DNA of 61,755 nt, counting the filler. It is 8 parts of 8 records of this genome, joined end to end, with 100 filler letters (N's around TTAATTAATTAA, not from the genome) between each part and the next. Parts side by side here need not be neighbours in the genome. Positions count along the whole stretch, not along the records: positions 1 to 7,101 come from SRR31147125_99093; positions 7,202 to 14,289 come from SRR31147125_99148; 6 more parts are not named here. One strand, given 5' to 3'. Shown one piece after another: positions 1 through 10,425 of the stretch (position 1 is its first letter; each line of letters starts with the position of its first letter). The notes under the pieces were generated by a model. The model made no database searches. It was not told the DNA's origin and was given only the letters and a program-made list of their open reading frames with translations. A program made the translations under genes and the position numbers.

Positions 1-609
1 GAAGCCCTCTGGCAGGCGGGCCGTAAAGATGCCGACCAGAATGTCGTGCATGGCGACGTCTGCCTGCAAAATGTGGATCAATCGTTTATCCACGCTTCCA
101 GTCGTCTGGTCACCGCCGTCGGTTTGAGCAACCATGTGGTGATCGAGACCAAGGATGCCGTCTTTGTGGCCCCCAGGCAGCAGGTGCAGCAGGTGAAGGC
201 GCTGGTCGAGCAGCTCATACGCCGGGAGCGGCCCGAAACCGTCAGCCAGAAACTCGTCTACCGCCCGTGGGGAGCCTATGAGGACGTGGACATCTCGGAG
301 CGGTTTCTGGTCAAGCGCATCACCGTCAAGCCCAAAGCCAAACTCTCCCTGCAGAAGCATTTTCACCGGGCGGAGCATTGGGTGGTTGTGAAAGGGACCG
401 CCCTGGTGACCCGTGATGAGGAGCAGTTCATTTTGCGCGAGGATCAATCCACCTACATCCCCCTCGGAACGGTGCACCGGCTGGAAAACCCCGGCAAAAT
501 ACCCCTGGAGCTGATCGAGATTCAGTCGGGGAGCTATCTGGCCGAAGACGATGTCGTGAGGCTGGATGATGTGTACGGCCGACACAACGATGTGGATGAT
601 CCCTGCTGA
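1..609 (+). CDS. manC: Mannose-1-phosphate guanylyltransferase/mannose-6-phosphate isomerase, C-terminal part (5' truncated)
   Basis: Frame open from base 1 (EALWQAGRKDADQNVVHGD). Cupin PMI motifs RPWG, LSLQKHFHRAEHWVVVKG and HRLENPG...IEIQSGSYLAEDDVVR. Confidence 0.93.
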   Translation, partial: EALWQAGRKDADQNVVHGDVCLQNVDQSFIHASSRLVTAVGLSNHVVIETKDAVFVAPRQQVQQVKALVEQLIRRERPETVSQKLVYRPWGAYEDVDISERFLVKRITVKPKAKLSLQKHFHRAEHWVVVKGTALVTRDEEQFILREDQSTYIPLGTVHRLENPGKIPLELIEIQSGSYLAEDDVVRLDDVYGRHNDVDDPC

Positions 610-653
610 AAACCGGGGTGCTGAAACGCGGTACGATGGGAAAAGGGAAACAG

Positions 654-1541
654 ATGCAACTTCTGATTGTGGGCAGCAACGGCCAACTCGGCCATGATCT
701 GATGATACAGGCGCGCGCAAGGGGGTGGACGCCCATAGCTGCCGATATGCCCGACTGCGACATCACTGCCCCGGACAGCCTTGAAAAAAACATTACCTCG
801 GCAGGGCCGATAGAGGCGATCATTAATGCAGCGGCCTATACCTCAGTAGACAAAGCCGAGAGCGAACCGGAGATCGCATTTGCCGTCAATCGCGACGGTG
901 CCGAAGTGCTGGCCGACGCCTGTCGGGGCCACGGGATTCCTCTCGTGCACGTCTCCACCGACTATGTATTCGAAGGGCTCCAGACCAGCCCCTACCTGCC
1001 CAGCGACCCCATCAATCCCCAAGGCGTTTACGGACGCAGCAAGGCTGAGGGGGAGGAGCGCATCCGCCGAAGCTGCGACCACCATGTGATCGTCCGCACC
1101 TCCTGGCTGTTCGGCCGATATGGGGAGAACTTCGTCAAGACCATGATCCGTCTGGGAACCGAACGTGAAACCCTGAGAATCATTGATGACCAGGTGGGCT
1201 GCCCGACCTACGCCGGCGACCTGGCCGGTGCACTGCTGGATGTCGCCGCATACGTCACGCATAATAAAGAGGGATGGGGAACCTACCATTTCTGCAACCA
1301 GGTGCCGGTCACATGGTACGCCTTTACACGCCGGATTTTGGCCCTGGCCCGCCCCTATGTAAAGTTGCGCATCCGTGAGATCCTGCCCATATTGACAAGG
1401 CACTATCCAGTAGCCGCACCACGCCCCCACTACTCGGTTCTCGATTGCAGCAGTTTCGAAACGCGCTTCGGCATCGAACGGCGGCCTTGGGAGAGTGCAT
1501 TACGCGAAATGTTGGGCCACCTGTATGAAGTGCCGTCTTGA
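654..1541 (+). CDS. rmlD: dTDP-4-dehydrorhamnose reductase
   Basis: GSNGQLG, NAAAYTSVDKAE, VSTDYVF, YGRSK, DQVGCPT and RPHYSVLD motifs. ATG 654 preferred to GTG 618. Confidence 0.93.
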   Translation: MQLLIVGSNGQLGHDLMIQARARGWTPIAADMPDCDITAPDSLEKNITSAGPIEAIINAAAYTSVDKAESEPEIAFAVNRDGAEVLADACRGHGIPLVHVSTDYVFEGLQTSPYLPSDPINPQGVYGRSKAEGEERIRRSCDHHVIVRTSWLFGRYGENFVKTMIRLGTERETLRIIDDQVGCPTYAGDLAGALLDVAAYVTHNKEGWGTYHFCNQVPVTWYAFTRRILALARPYVKLRIREILPILTRHYPVAAPRPHYSVLDCSSFETRFGIERRPWESALREMLGHLYEVPS

Positions 1542-1566
1542 TACTTCAAAGTCACTCTGGTAGAAT
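1538..1566 (+). promoter_or_regulatory. Candidate sigma70 promoter for the selenoprotein gene
   Basis: TTGATA (1538-1543), 17-nt spacer, TAGAAT (1561-1566) with an extended -10 TG. SD AAGGAG follows before ATG 1600. Confidence 0.55.
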
Positions 1567-1599
1567 TCAAGCCACTTGACCACCTATAAAGGAGCCGGT

Positions 1600-2100
1600 A
1601 TGGAAATGAAGATCTCTCTGGAAGAATCCCTATCCCGCGCCAAGGCGTTTATGCGTAAAGGATATCACTGAGGCCCCGCTGTCCTGCAAGTTATGTGGGA
1701 TGCGTACGGAATGGAGAACGAGGAGTTCCTCTGGGCGGGCATACCGTTTCTCTCCGGCATCAGCGGCCAACAGCAGGCCCCCTGCGGTGCTGTCTCCGCA
1801 GCGGCGGTGAGCCTCGGCTTGAGACATCGCTGCTCGCTCTCCGATAAGCCGGGCGCCAAGCGGGCTCGGACCCTTATCAGAAACAACTCCGGTCAATTCG
1901 TAAAAGAATTTAGTGAAAAATTCGGTGACATCTCCTGCCGCAATCTTCTGGATATCGATTTCTCCCAGGAGGGCGAATATAAACGTTTTCGCTCATCGGG
2001 CATTTGGAAGGAGAAGTGCGAAAAGTATGTCCGGTACGCTATCGAACGCCTCTACGCTTTTGAGAACGGCACGGCATCAAACCCTTCATCAGGAGAGTAA
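1600..2100 (+). CDS. C-GCAxxG-C-C family redox protein, probable selenoprotein (UGA at 1669-1671, codon 24; 166 aa)
   Basis: SD and ATG 1600 give MEMKISLEESLSRAKAFMRKGYH-UGA-GPAVLQV, in frame with ORF 1693-2100 (APCGAVSAA, SCRNLL, KCEKYV). The UGA sits where the family's first Cys is expected. Confidence 0.85.
1677..1704 (+). promoter_or_regulatory. Bacterial SECIS-like stem-loop
   Basis: CGC(1677-79)/GCG(1702-04), bulged U, then GUCCUGCA(1681-88)/UGUGGGAU(1694-1701) around loop AGUUA. G is at loop position 2 and 17 nt separate the UGA from the loop. Confidence 0.7.
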
Positions 2101-2160
2101 CTCGGGCGTTGTGGTCTTCAGCGTCTACAGTGGTGGAATACCGCCCCGGCAAACAGGGGC

Positions 2161-4521
2161 TCAAACCTCGAGCAACTGACGAATGGTTGCCGATAGTGAT
2201 TTGGATTGCAGCGGCTTCTGTAGAAACGCCTGGCGGATATCGCGCATCGCGTTTTGTACCTCCTCTGCATCCGGAAAGCCGCTGATGAGGATCACCTTGA
2301 TGTCCGGTACCATCTTGCGCATGGCCTCAACCACCTGCTCTCCGCTGAGGCCGGGCATCACCATGTCCACGATCACCAAGTCGATCTCATCCTGCCTGGC
2401 TTGAAAAATCTCCAAAGCCTCTGCCCCATCACAGGCGATGATCGCCTGATACCCCATCTTGTTGATGATGTCGGATGTCACCTCGCAAATCACCCGTTCG
2501 TCGTCGACCATCAGGATAGTAGGCCTCAAGCCGCTGACGGGCCGTTCCGATGGGGTGTCCTTTTTGGCCGCTTTGGTGATGGCCGGCAAAAAGATGGTAA
2601 ATGTGCTGCCTCTGTCCTTCTCACTCTCCACCAGTATGATACCATTGTGGCTCTGGATGGTACCGTAAACCGATGCCAGCCCCAACCCGGCCCCTCTGCT
2701 GACCTCCTTGGTGGAGAAAAAGGGTTCAAAGATCCGTTCCCGTGTGGCATGATCCATTCCCACGCCGGTGTCGGTGATCGCCATCTTGACATAGGGACCC
2801 GGATTGAGACCATGGGGCGCCACAAAGTGCTCCTTCAGCAGGATGTTCTCCGCTTCCACATGAATGGTGCCGCCACCCGGCATCGCCTCAGCGGCATTGG
2901 CGAAAAGATGCTTAAAGACACCATCGATCTGATCATGGTCGGCCGCTACCGCCCACAGCTTATCAGGCAGATTCAGTGCAACCTCAATCTCCGGCCGGTC
3001 CGTTATTAAAACGTTGAAAGCGGATTTTACGGCAATATTGACATCAACCGGTTTGACGGCAAACCGGCCATGGCGGGCGTATCCCAGCAACTGGGTCGTC
3101 AGGTCGGAGCCGCGCTTGATCAGGTCCTCGATGGTCTTGAGTCTCGAAAAATGGGGATGCTCCCCGTCGATATCGAGAAACATCAAGGAGACAAACCCCT
3201 GGATGCTCATCAATAGATTGTTGAAATTGTGGGCCACGCCGGCCGCCAGGGTGGCGATCGCCTCCAGGCGCTGGGCCTGATTGACCAATGAGATGAGACG
3301 TTCATTTTCAGTTTCGGCCTTTTTTTGTTCAGTGATGTCACGGCATATGCCGCGAAAGCCGACCGCATTACCAGCGCCATCCTTGACCAAGGCGACGGTA
3401 GCATGCAGGTAGCTCTGCGTTCCGTCACCGTGGTGTATTTCATAATCCCGCACCTCTCCCGGACGGCCGGTTCGATAAATCTTGTTGAAAATTCGATAGA
3501 CTCTTTTGGCTGTTTCAGGGGAAGTGTAACTGCGATTGTTCATTCCCAGGAACTGTTCGGCCGTGTAACCGAACATCCGACAGGCCGCATCGTTACAAAA
3601 GGTAATATCTCCCCTGAGATTGGCCTCGAAGCAGCCGTCCCCCACACCTTCCACAAAAGCCTGGTATCGTTCCAGCGCTTTTTCTTTGGTCTTTCTATCT
3701 GTTCGGTCCCGTGTGATGCCGCGAAATCCGCAGGGATGCCCGTCTGCATCTTTTATCAAGGAGGCCGAGACTTCCAAGTTTCGAATCTCGCCATCTTTGC
3801 GGATCACATTGTAATCAAAAATTCTGGCCGGGGCACCTGTTCGGTATATGGAGTTGAAAACTTTGAAGATCGCCCTGGTGTCTTCGGGAGAAGCAAAGTT
3901 GCGATAGCTGGTCCCGAGTAGTTTCTCGTATGAATAACCATGAATACGGCACATGGCTGAATTGAGAAAGGTGAATCTACCTTCGAGATCGACCTCGAAA
4001 CAGCCATCCTCTATGCTTTCAACAAAGTCCCGGTAGCGCTCCAGATCCAACTCTCTTAAGCGTCCTTCGGTGCGGTCGCGCACAACTCCCCTAAAGCCAA
4101 CGGGTTGCCCCTCAGCATTCCGGATCAGCGAAACCGAAAGGTCGATAAAACGAACCTCACCACTTTTATGAACAAACTCGTAGTCGACCAATCTCCCTGG
4201 CCGGCCCGTTTTCAAAACTTGAACGAAAAAATCGTGGGCTTTCGGAAGGAATCTGGAGGAGATAGATTCGCGGCTGTCCAGGCCTATCAGCTCTTCGGCT
4301 GTGCGGCCTTGATATTTGCAGAGGGCTTGATTGACATAGGTATAGTTGCCGTTAAGATCGATCTCGTAATAACCATCGTCGATCTCATCCAAAATGGGGT
4401 TGCGGTGAACATCCACACACTCGCGCCGCTGCACGTCACCGGATGACAGTTCACCGATGCGACGCCGCAGCTTTGCAATCTCCTCTATCAGTTCTGCCTT
4501 GGTCTTTTGGCTTTCCTTCAT
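2161..4521 (-). CDS. Cytoplasmic hybrid histidine kinase (3x PAS-PAC, HisKA, HATPase, REC)
   Basis: Three repeated PAS units ending GFRG(V/I)xRDxT. H-box AHNFNNLL, G boxes DTGVGM, FFSTK and GAGLGL. Receiver VDDE...DMVMP...KP. Confidence 0.92.
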   Translation of the reverse strand: MKESQKTKAELIEEIAKLRRRIGELSSGDVQRRECVDVHRNPILDEIDDGYYEIDLNGNYTYVNQALCKYQGRTAEELIGLDSRESISSRFLPKAHDFFVQVLKTGRPGRLVDYEFVHKSGEVRFIDLSVSLIRNAEGQPVGFRGVVRDRTEGRLRELDLERYRDFVESIEDGCFEVDLEGRFTFLNSAMCRIHGYSYEKLLGTSYRNFASPEDTRAIFKVFNSIYRTGAPARIFDYNVIRKDGEIRNLEVSASLIKDADGHPCGFRGITRDRTDRKTKEKALERYQAFVEGVGDGCFEANLRGDITFCNDAACRMFGYTAEQFLGMNNRSYTSPETAKRVYRIFNKIYRTGRPGEVRDYEIHHGDGTQSYLHATVALVKDGAGNAVGFRGICRDITEQKKAETENERLISLVNQAQRLEAIATLAAGVAHNFNNLLMSIQGFVSLMFLDIDGEHPHFSRLKTIEDLIKRGSDLTTQLLGYARHGRFAVKPVDVNIAVKSAFNVLITDRPEIEVALNLPDKLWAVAADHDQIDGVFKHLFANAAEAMPGGGTIHVEAENILLKEHFVAPHGLNPGPYVKMAITDTGVGMDHATRERIFEPFFSTKEVSRGAGLGLASVYGTIQSHNGIILVESEKDRGSTFTIFLPAITKAAKKDTPSERPVSGLRPTILMVDDERVICEVTSDIINKMGYQAIIACDGAEALEIFQARQDEIDLVIVDMVMPGLSGEQVVEAMRKMVPDIKVILISGFPDAEEVQNAMRDIRQAFLQKPLQSKSLSATIRQLLEV

Positions 4522-4687
4522 CACGCTCCCTTGGGTCGAAGAACCGGCAGGCGCCGGTCTTTTCATTGGCACATCTTCCTCGAGAAGTGATTGAAGCCAT
4601 TGCCGATGCTACGATAGAACCGCTCAACACCAAATCGATACAGGGCAGATTGTCTGCGGCCCTGTCGATGACGCACAGAATACACCA

Positions 4688-5515
4688 TCACTGACCCAAA
4701 ACGCAATGGGGACCGACAAGCAACATGCTGTTGGGCATCCAGGATTGAATCTGCTCCATCTTGCTTCCGAAAAGAAACTCCTTGATCAAACCGTGTCCAT
4801 AAGCGCCCACGATCAGGAGCGCATCGTGGGAAACCGTGTATAGGCTCTCTTCAAATCCGCCTTTTTCGATCTTGTGCCAGGTGCGCACCTTCTCCTGCAC
4901 CTCATCCAGTAACCCCGCGTTGCGCAACTGCTCCTCGAAATAGTCGGGCTTGCGACCTTCCACGTATGTGAACAGATCCACGGGCAGACCGGAGATACGA
5001 TTGAGATGCAGGCCCCAGCGGAGCGCTTTATTGGCATTGTTCGAGCCGCCGTAGAATACGGTGATGCTCGTCCATGGTTTGAATACTCCGCTTGTCATGA
5101 GGACGGGGAATGTAGAGGACTTGATGATGCGCCTCACTTTAGGGCCGATATATCCCAATCCGATTTTAGATGAGAGATCGCTGATAGAACGCGGACAACA
5201 CATATAGCTGAAATGGGACGGAATGTCCGGCAATTGCGATGCGGTAAAATTTTTCGGTACAAAAAAGCTGGGTTGAATATCGAACATCTCCGCCAGCTGC
5301 TGTGCGTGCACCTCTGCGCTCTTCGGAGCGGTAAGGTATGAGCCGTCCAGATCCACCTGCACCATGTCATGGTCGAAATACATAAGGAACTGCTTCGATT
5401 CAGGAACGTAGATGTGCAGGTCGACGCCCAATGTTTTGCAAAAATGCAGGGACTGCAGCAGCGTCTCCCTGCCCAGGGGGGTGTTGCGAAATACATGCAG
5501 CAACCGTTCAACCAT
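4688..5515 (-). CDS. Universal stress protein family (tandem USP-like domains)
   Basis: C-terminal LLIVGAYGHGLIKEFLFGS USP motif and FPVL motif. Confidence 0.8.
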   Translation of the reverse strand: MVERLLHVFRNTPLGRETLLQSLHFCKTLGVDLHIYVPESKQFLMYFDHDMVQVDLDGSYLTAPKSAEVHAQQLAEMFDIQPSFFVPKNFTASQLPDIPSHFSYMCCPRSISDLSSKIGLGYIGPKVRRIIKSSTFPVLMTSGVFKPWTSITVFYGGSNNANKALRWGLHLNRISGLPVDLFTYVEGRKPDYFEEQLRNAGLLDEVQEKVRTWHKIEKGGFEESLYTVSHDALLIVGAYGHGLIKEFLFGSKMEQIQSWMPNSMLLVGPHCVLGQ

Positions 5516-5632
5516 GATAAACTCCTGTATATCTAAAAGATTTTAAGGCTCGCCGCCCAATCGGCAATACGCCTTTGTTTTCATACTTCTTTCTATTACT
5601 CATCCATAAATTGTGTTTTTTGGAGATAGGCT

Positions 5633-7101
5633 CTAATTCCCGGCCTGTACAATCAACTCCTTGCGATAATGATCCAGCAGCGTCGACTTGGAGAGCATAC
5701 CGACAAAGTGATGCTTCTCCACTACCGGCAACGTATTCAGCCCCCGACGCTCCATCAAACCGATCACATCGGCCAGTTCGTCATCCGTAGAAACGGTGGG
5801 CACGCTTTCATCCATCACCTGCTCAACCATCAGAACCGCGTGCATCTGGGAATCGAACAGATAGGGGCGGATGCGATCCACATAAATGATGCCCTGGTAA
5901 TTGCCGCTGTGCCGATCAACCACCGGGAACCGGTGCTGTCGCGAGCCCTCCAGAATCGGCAGAAAATCGCGGAGCAGCATATCGCCCGGCACCGTTGTGG
6001 TCACCTTGTCCACCAACTCTCTGACGGTCAGATCGGACAGGACCCGGGCATCGGTTCCCGGTCTCAGGAACTGTCCCTTCTCGATCAGATCGCGCAGATA
6101 AAATGAGGCCGGTTCAATATAGTAGCAAAAGGTTGAGGTGAGCGCCGAAACGATGATCAGCGGCAACACCACATCATAGCCGCCCGTAATTTCCACCACC
6201 AGGAAGATAGCGGTCAGAGGCGCCTGCAGCATACCGCTCACCAATCCGGCCATGCCCAACAGGGCAAAGCAACCCTCGCTGCTCAATAAAGCCGTGGGCA
6301 TCATCCAGGTCAACAGGCGATGATAGACCAGCCCCACCAAGCTGCCGATCATCAGGCTGTGTGCAAAGATTCCACCCGATCCGCCCCATCCCAGGGTGAA
6401 AGCAGTCGCCACCATCTTGGCCACCATCACCAGTGCCGCCAGCAACAACCCTTGGGTGAAGGTTCCCTGAATCATCTCCTGGATCGAATGGTACCCTTCG
6501 CCGAGCACGTACGGCAGATAGATGCCGATGAGGCCGACAACAGCGCCGCCCACCGCAGGTCTAATCCAGTGGGGAAAGGGTGTCTGGACGGCCACGTGAT
6601 GCATCCCTTTGAGAAGCCGCCCAAGCACCACGGATACTATTGTGGCAACGATCACCACGCCAAAACTGGCAGCGATATCAGGTAGGCCGATGGTAAACTT
6701 CTGGTGCTGAAAAGCGATCTGATTACCTTGCAGCAGCCGGCTCACTTCAGTACCGGCTACAGCAGCGATAGCGATTGGAATGATGTTAAACGAACGCCAC
6801 TCCCCCAAGACCACTTCAACCGTAAAAACAAGCCCCGTAATCGGGGCGTTGAAAATGGCCCCGATAGCGCCGGCCGCACCACATCCGACCAGTGTTATGC
6901 GTTGGCGCTCCCTTAGCGAGAAGAGTTTGGCAATGTTGGACCCCAGCGCCGCGCCGCTCATGACCACCAGGGCCTCCGGGCCGGCCGAGCCGCCGCTGCC
7001 GATGGTGAGGCAGCTGGATACCAGGCGGGAGTAACTGGATCGAAACCGCAGGAGGCCGCCATAGCGCGAGACGGCATAAACCACCTCGGGCACACCGTGC
7101 C
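5633..7101 (-). CDS. ClC chloride channel/transporter with C-terminal CBS pair (5' truncated at contig end)
   Basis: HGVPEV, GGSAGPEA, GAAGAIGAIFNAP, GGSGGIFA and APLTAIFLVVEITGGY motifs, followed by two CBS domains. Confidence 0.9.
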
Positions 7102-7201
7102 NNNNNNNNNNNNNNNNNNNNNNNNNNNNNNNNNNNNNNNNNNNNTTAATTAATTAANNNNNNNNNNNNNNNNNNNNNNNNNNNNNNNNNNNNNNNNNNN
7201 N
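7102..7201. other. Artificial contig linker
   Basis: N44-TTAATTAATTAA-N44, with stops in all six frames. Confidence 0.98.
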
Positions 7202-7445
7202 CTTCAACCCCATTGACGATGAAGTCCATTGCGCCATAGCTAAATTTATCGCTCCCTATCATGGACTCCTTCTCTCCTTGAAGAATCAGATTCATCGCCG
7301 GCTCATACAAGCAGGGCTCTTGGAGCTCTTCTTTTGAACAACGATAAATAGAGAGCCCTTTGACAGGGGTTGGATAGAGTCCGTCCTCTGGAAACAAGGT
7401 TAAAATGGTCTCAAGCATAGACGCTGTGATCAGGCTGTGTGGCAA
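7202..7445 (-). CDS. AraC-family regulator, N-terminal ligand-binding part (3' truncated)
   Basis: SD GGAGG and TTG 7445. TPVKGLSIYR...CLYEPAMNLILQGEK resembles the AraC N-terminal domain and the neighbouring paralog. Confidence 0.75.
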
Positions 7446-7681
7446 TGTTACCTCCAGAGAGTGGCAATAAGGGTGTCGTAGGATTCGATCTATAGCAGAT
7501 CTCTCATCATGCGATATCTAAATAAATAGGAATAGAGACCATATACTACTATTGTTGCCTAATACTGCCGGGTGGGTAAGTTGTAAAAATCAGTTACACC
7601 TTGGATGAGTGCAGAGAACCGATTGCCGGTGTACTCTAACGCTTATGTGGATTTCGCACTTAAGCAGAGACTCAGAGACTT

Positions 7682-8605
7682 GTGAACATGGATAACGGCA
7701 AAGATATGCTTACAGAGAAGCTAAGCAGGCTAAGTCGAATGGTTTCCCAACGAGCATTCAAGCACGGAGACTTTGCAACCAAGATTCCCGACCTTGAATT
7801 GCATCGAAGAGAAATCACGCAGCGGCCTGAGAATTGTTTCAATAAGCCTATTCTGGCTCTGACTGTGCAGGGTGCCAAACGGACTTTAATTGGGGCTCAG
7901 GAGTATCGGTATGGGGCGGGTCACTGTTTGTTGGCTGGTATTGACATGCCGACCATGAGCTATCAAACAGAGGCGTCAAAAGAGCACCCGTATCTGGTGA
8001 TCTCGTTAAAGTTAGACGCTCATCTCACTTCAACACTTTCGGAGCAACTGCCACAAAGTCCATCTGATGAAGTGCGTCAAGGTGCAACCGTGATGCCCGC
8101 CGATGTAGAGCTGGCTGATGCATTTATCCGACTACTCGAGTTGTTAGAGAAGCCTGAGCAGATCCCCCTGTTGGCACCTGTGATTGTGCAGGAAATCCAT
8201 TTGCAACTGCTGCTTGGGCCTCATGGCGATGTGCTTCGAGCCATCAATACTCATGGGACACAAAGTTACCATGTGATGCAGACCATTAATTGGTTAAGAG
8301 AGCATTTTACACAGCCTTTAGAGATTGAGGTTCTTGCAGAAAAAGCCCACATGGCGCCGTCAACATTTCGTAAACACTTTAAGGCCATGACAACTATGAA
8401 TCCCACTGAATATATTCAGCACTTACGTCTTTATGACGCACAGCGTCTAATGCTGGAAGAGGCTTTGGATGCGACTTCAGCGAGTTATCAAGTGGGTTAT
8501 GAAAGTCTTTCCCAATTCAACCGGGAATATAAGCGGCTATTTGGCGATGCACCTATGCGAAATGTGCAGCAACTCATTGCGCAACGTTCTGAAACTGCTT
8601 CCTAA
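7682..8605 (+). CDS. AraC-family transcriptional regulator (YqhC-like)
   Basis: VQGAK N-domain and C-terminal double HTH (FRKHFK...RL..A..LM, VGYESLSQFNREYKRLFG). Start may be ATG 7688 or 7706. Confidence 0.92.
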   Translation: MNMDNGKDMLTEKLSRLSRMVSQRAFKHGDFATKIPDLELHRREITQRPENCFNKPILALTVQGAKRTLIGAQEYRYGAGHCLLAGIDMPTMSYQTEASKEHPYLVISLKLDAHLTSTLSEQLPQSPSDEVRQGATVMPADVELADAFIRLLELLEKPEQIPLLAPVIVQEIHLQLLLGPHGDVLRAINTHGTQSYHVMQTINWLREHFTQPLEIEVLAEKAHMAPSTFRKHFKAMTTMNPTEYIQHLRLYDAQRLMLEEALDATSASYQVGYESLSQFNREYKRLFGDAPMRNVQQLIAQRSETAS

Positions 8606-8650
8606 TCTGTCCTATGCCAAGTCCTGAAGGAAAGGGTTAACTCACGCCTC

Positions 8651-9115
8651 TTATAGCGCTATATCTTTATCATCCAGTCTTGTTATCGAAACCGTAATAG
8701 GTCCATCGTTATCTAAAGCTGACCAATCGCCTTGCAGTGAGCCAAGGTAGATGAGCCCCTTGGCATGATGAAATGGCTTTCTAAAAATCGCTAAGTTGCC
8801 CCAAGGTGCATAGTAAGTGATGTCACCTCGCTTGGCGTCGGAGCCCGCTGGTTCTCCTTCAGTTGATAAAGGCTTTGGCAGATCACTGACTTTTTCGATG
8901 GAAGCGTAATCCGTCAGGGTTAAAGTGAGAGGGAGCAAGGCAGCAAACTCTGTAGCTGCGCGACCCTCTCCCAGTGAGGCTGTGATTGTTTTACCGTTAA
9001 TTTTGAGACCTATCTGCACTGTCTTCTCCAGTTGTTGAGAGTTACTTGCAAGCGTTGCTTCACAAAGCAGAGCCCATATGGTGATTGATGTGGCGAATAA
9101 CTTAGTCAGCTTCAT
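8651..9115 (-). CDS. Exported cyclophilin-like fold protein
   Basis: Signal peptide, then LPLTLTLTDYASIEK...LP and GDITYYAPWGNLAIF motifs. Confidence 0.8.
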   Translation of the reverse strand: MKLTKLFATSITIWALLCEATLASNSQQLEKTVQIGLKINGKTITASLGEGRAATEFAALLPLTLTLTDYASIEKVSDLPKPLSTEGEPAGSDAKRGDITYYAPWGNLAIFRKPFHHAKGLIYLGSLQGDWSALDNDGPITVSITRLDDKDIAL

Positions 9116-10291
9116 GTTGATCCCTTGATTTTGTAACCCTTAGGGTGAAGAGCACATAGCTAGTGCCAATTAGAGCAAGGAGTCCATAGCAAGATGCGAC
9201 TTCAAACAAGTTAAAGTGAGAGGCAAGTTTTCCTGAAATTAAGGTAGGTACTGCTGCCCCTAAATAGGAGGTTAAATGAATCACGGATAACACGCTTGCT
9301 CGTTGTTCTCTTTCAAGTCCTTTGACCATCGAGTGAATGCTGCTACTTAAGAGTGCACCTTGTGCTAAACCTGCCATCAGACTGAACAGTAGAAAAGGGC
9401 CAAGTAATCCAAAGTAAAGTGCTGTTAGCAGTCCACCTAATGAGGTTGTAAAGCCCATCATGCCGTAACGTTGGACACGCCGATGAGGGAGTCGACTTGC
9501 TAAGGAAGCTCCAAATACGCTCGGCGCCATCACTGATGCAAAGACTAAAGCTGCTGCTAAGGCACTTGTTGAGTGTAGTTGTTCTGATGCCATAGCAGGG
9601 CCAAAAGCCTGAAAAAATCCTCCCAGCGACCAGGTTGTGACAAAGACTGCGGCAGCAATGGGGTAAGCTTTGCGAGAGGAGTCAGGTAGTGTTAGTTGAG
9701 GTTTAAGAGAAGCCAAAGCGCCAGGCTTAGTCGGTACAGTCTCGTGTGCCGTTATCAGCATTGCGCCACAAAGCACCATCAACAGAAGCAAGACTACAAA
9801 AGGTATCAACCTAGGGTACAACCCAAAATCAGTCAGAGCACCTGAGCCTAAACTGCCTATGGTCAGCCCAAACATTGGGCCGCAGCTGATCACCGTCGGT
9901 GTTAACCAAGGGGGCATCTTTGTTCCTGAATCCACTAGCCAGGCGGCGACTGCCGAAGAGGCCAAGCCACAGGACAAACCTTGCAAAAAACGGCCAGTCA
10001 ATAAAGGTGCTGGACTGTGGACTCCCATCAGAATGAAGCACCCCAACGCAGCAAGTGCTAACGCCAACAGACTTGTGGAGCGACGCCCCCAGTGGTTGGA
10101 TAGCCGCCCAAGTAATAAAGAGCTCCTAAGGCTCCAATAAAATAGAACACGGCACTTAATGCGAGACTCCCATAGGTAAGGCCATCAACCGTGTGGTAGA
10201 GCCCATAGAGGGGAATGGGGGCAGCGGAAGCAACAAAAATCAGCAGGAGCAAAAAGCCTGCTGAAAAAAAGCTAGTTGTGGTTTTGTTCAA
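9102..10291 (-). CDS. MFS transporter (about 396 aa once one missing base near 10117 is restored)
   Basis: ORFs 10058-10291 and 9102-10067 join if a T is added to CTTTA. This restores motif A GRLSNHWGRR. APIPLY N-terminus and many hydrophobic segments. Confidence 0.85.
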
Positions 10292-10425
10292 CGTAAAATC
10301 TGATTAGAGCTATGACTCTAATTATCATACTCGGAGTTATTCGATATGCAATCGCAACTTTCATCAGACACTCATTGAGTGAATAACATAAATATCAGTG
10401 CAATTAATAGGTGACTTAATGGTCC

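Noticed and set aside
601-627. TGC-TGA twice at the manC end (PC*KPGC*), suggesting Cys-Sec readthrough
   Set aside because: ManC homology is complete at YGR, the family has no redox Cys there, no SECIS-like stem is evident, and the extension would overlap the rmlD start region.
2254-3921. Long plus-strand ORFs (251 aa, 198 aa), and similar ones at 39379-40170, 40231-40926, 57245-57877 and 60796-61671
   Set aside because: Antisense shadows of well-supported GC-rich genes, with no motifs of their own.
7146-7157. TTAATTAATTAA repeated seven times across the window
   Set aside because: Always centred in N-runs. It is a synthetic six-frame-stop linker, not a repeat family or CRISPR.
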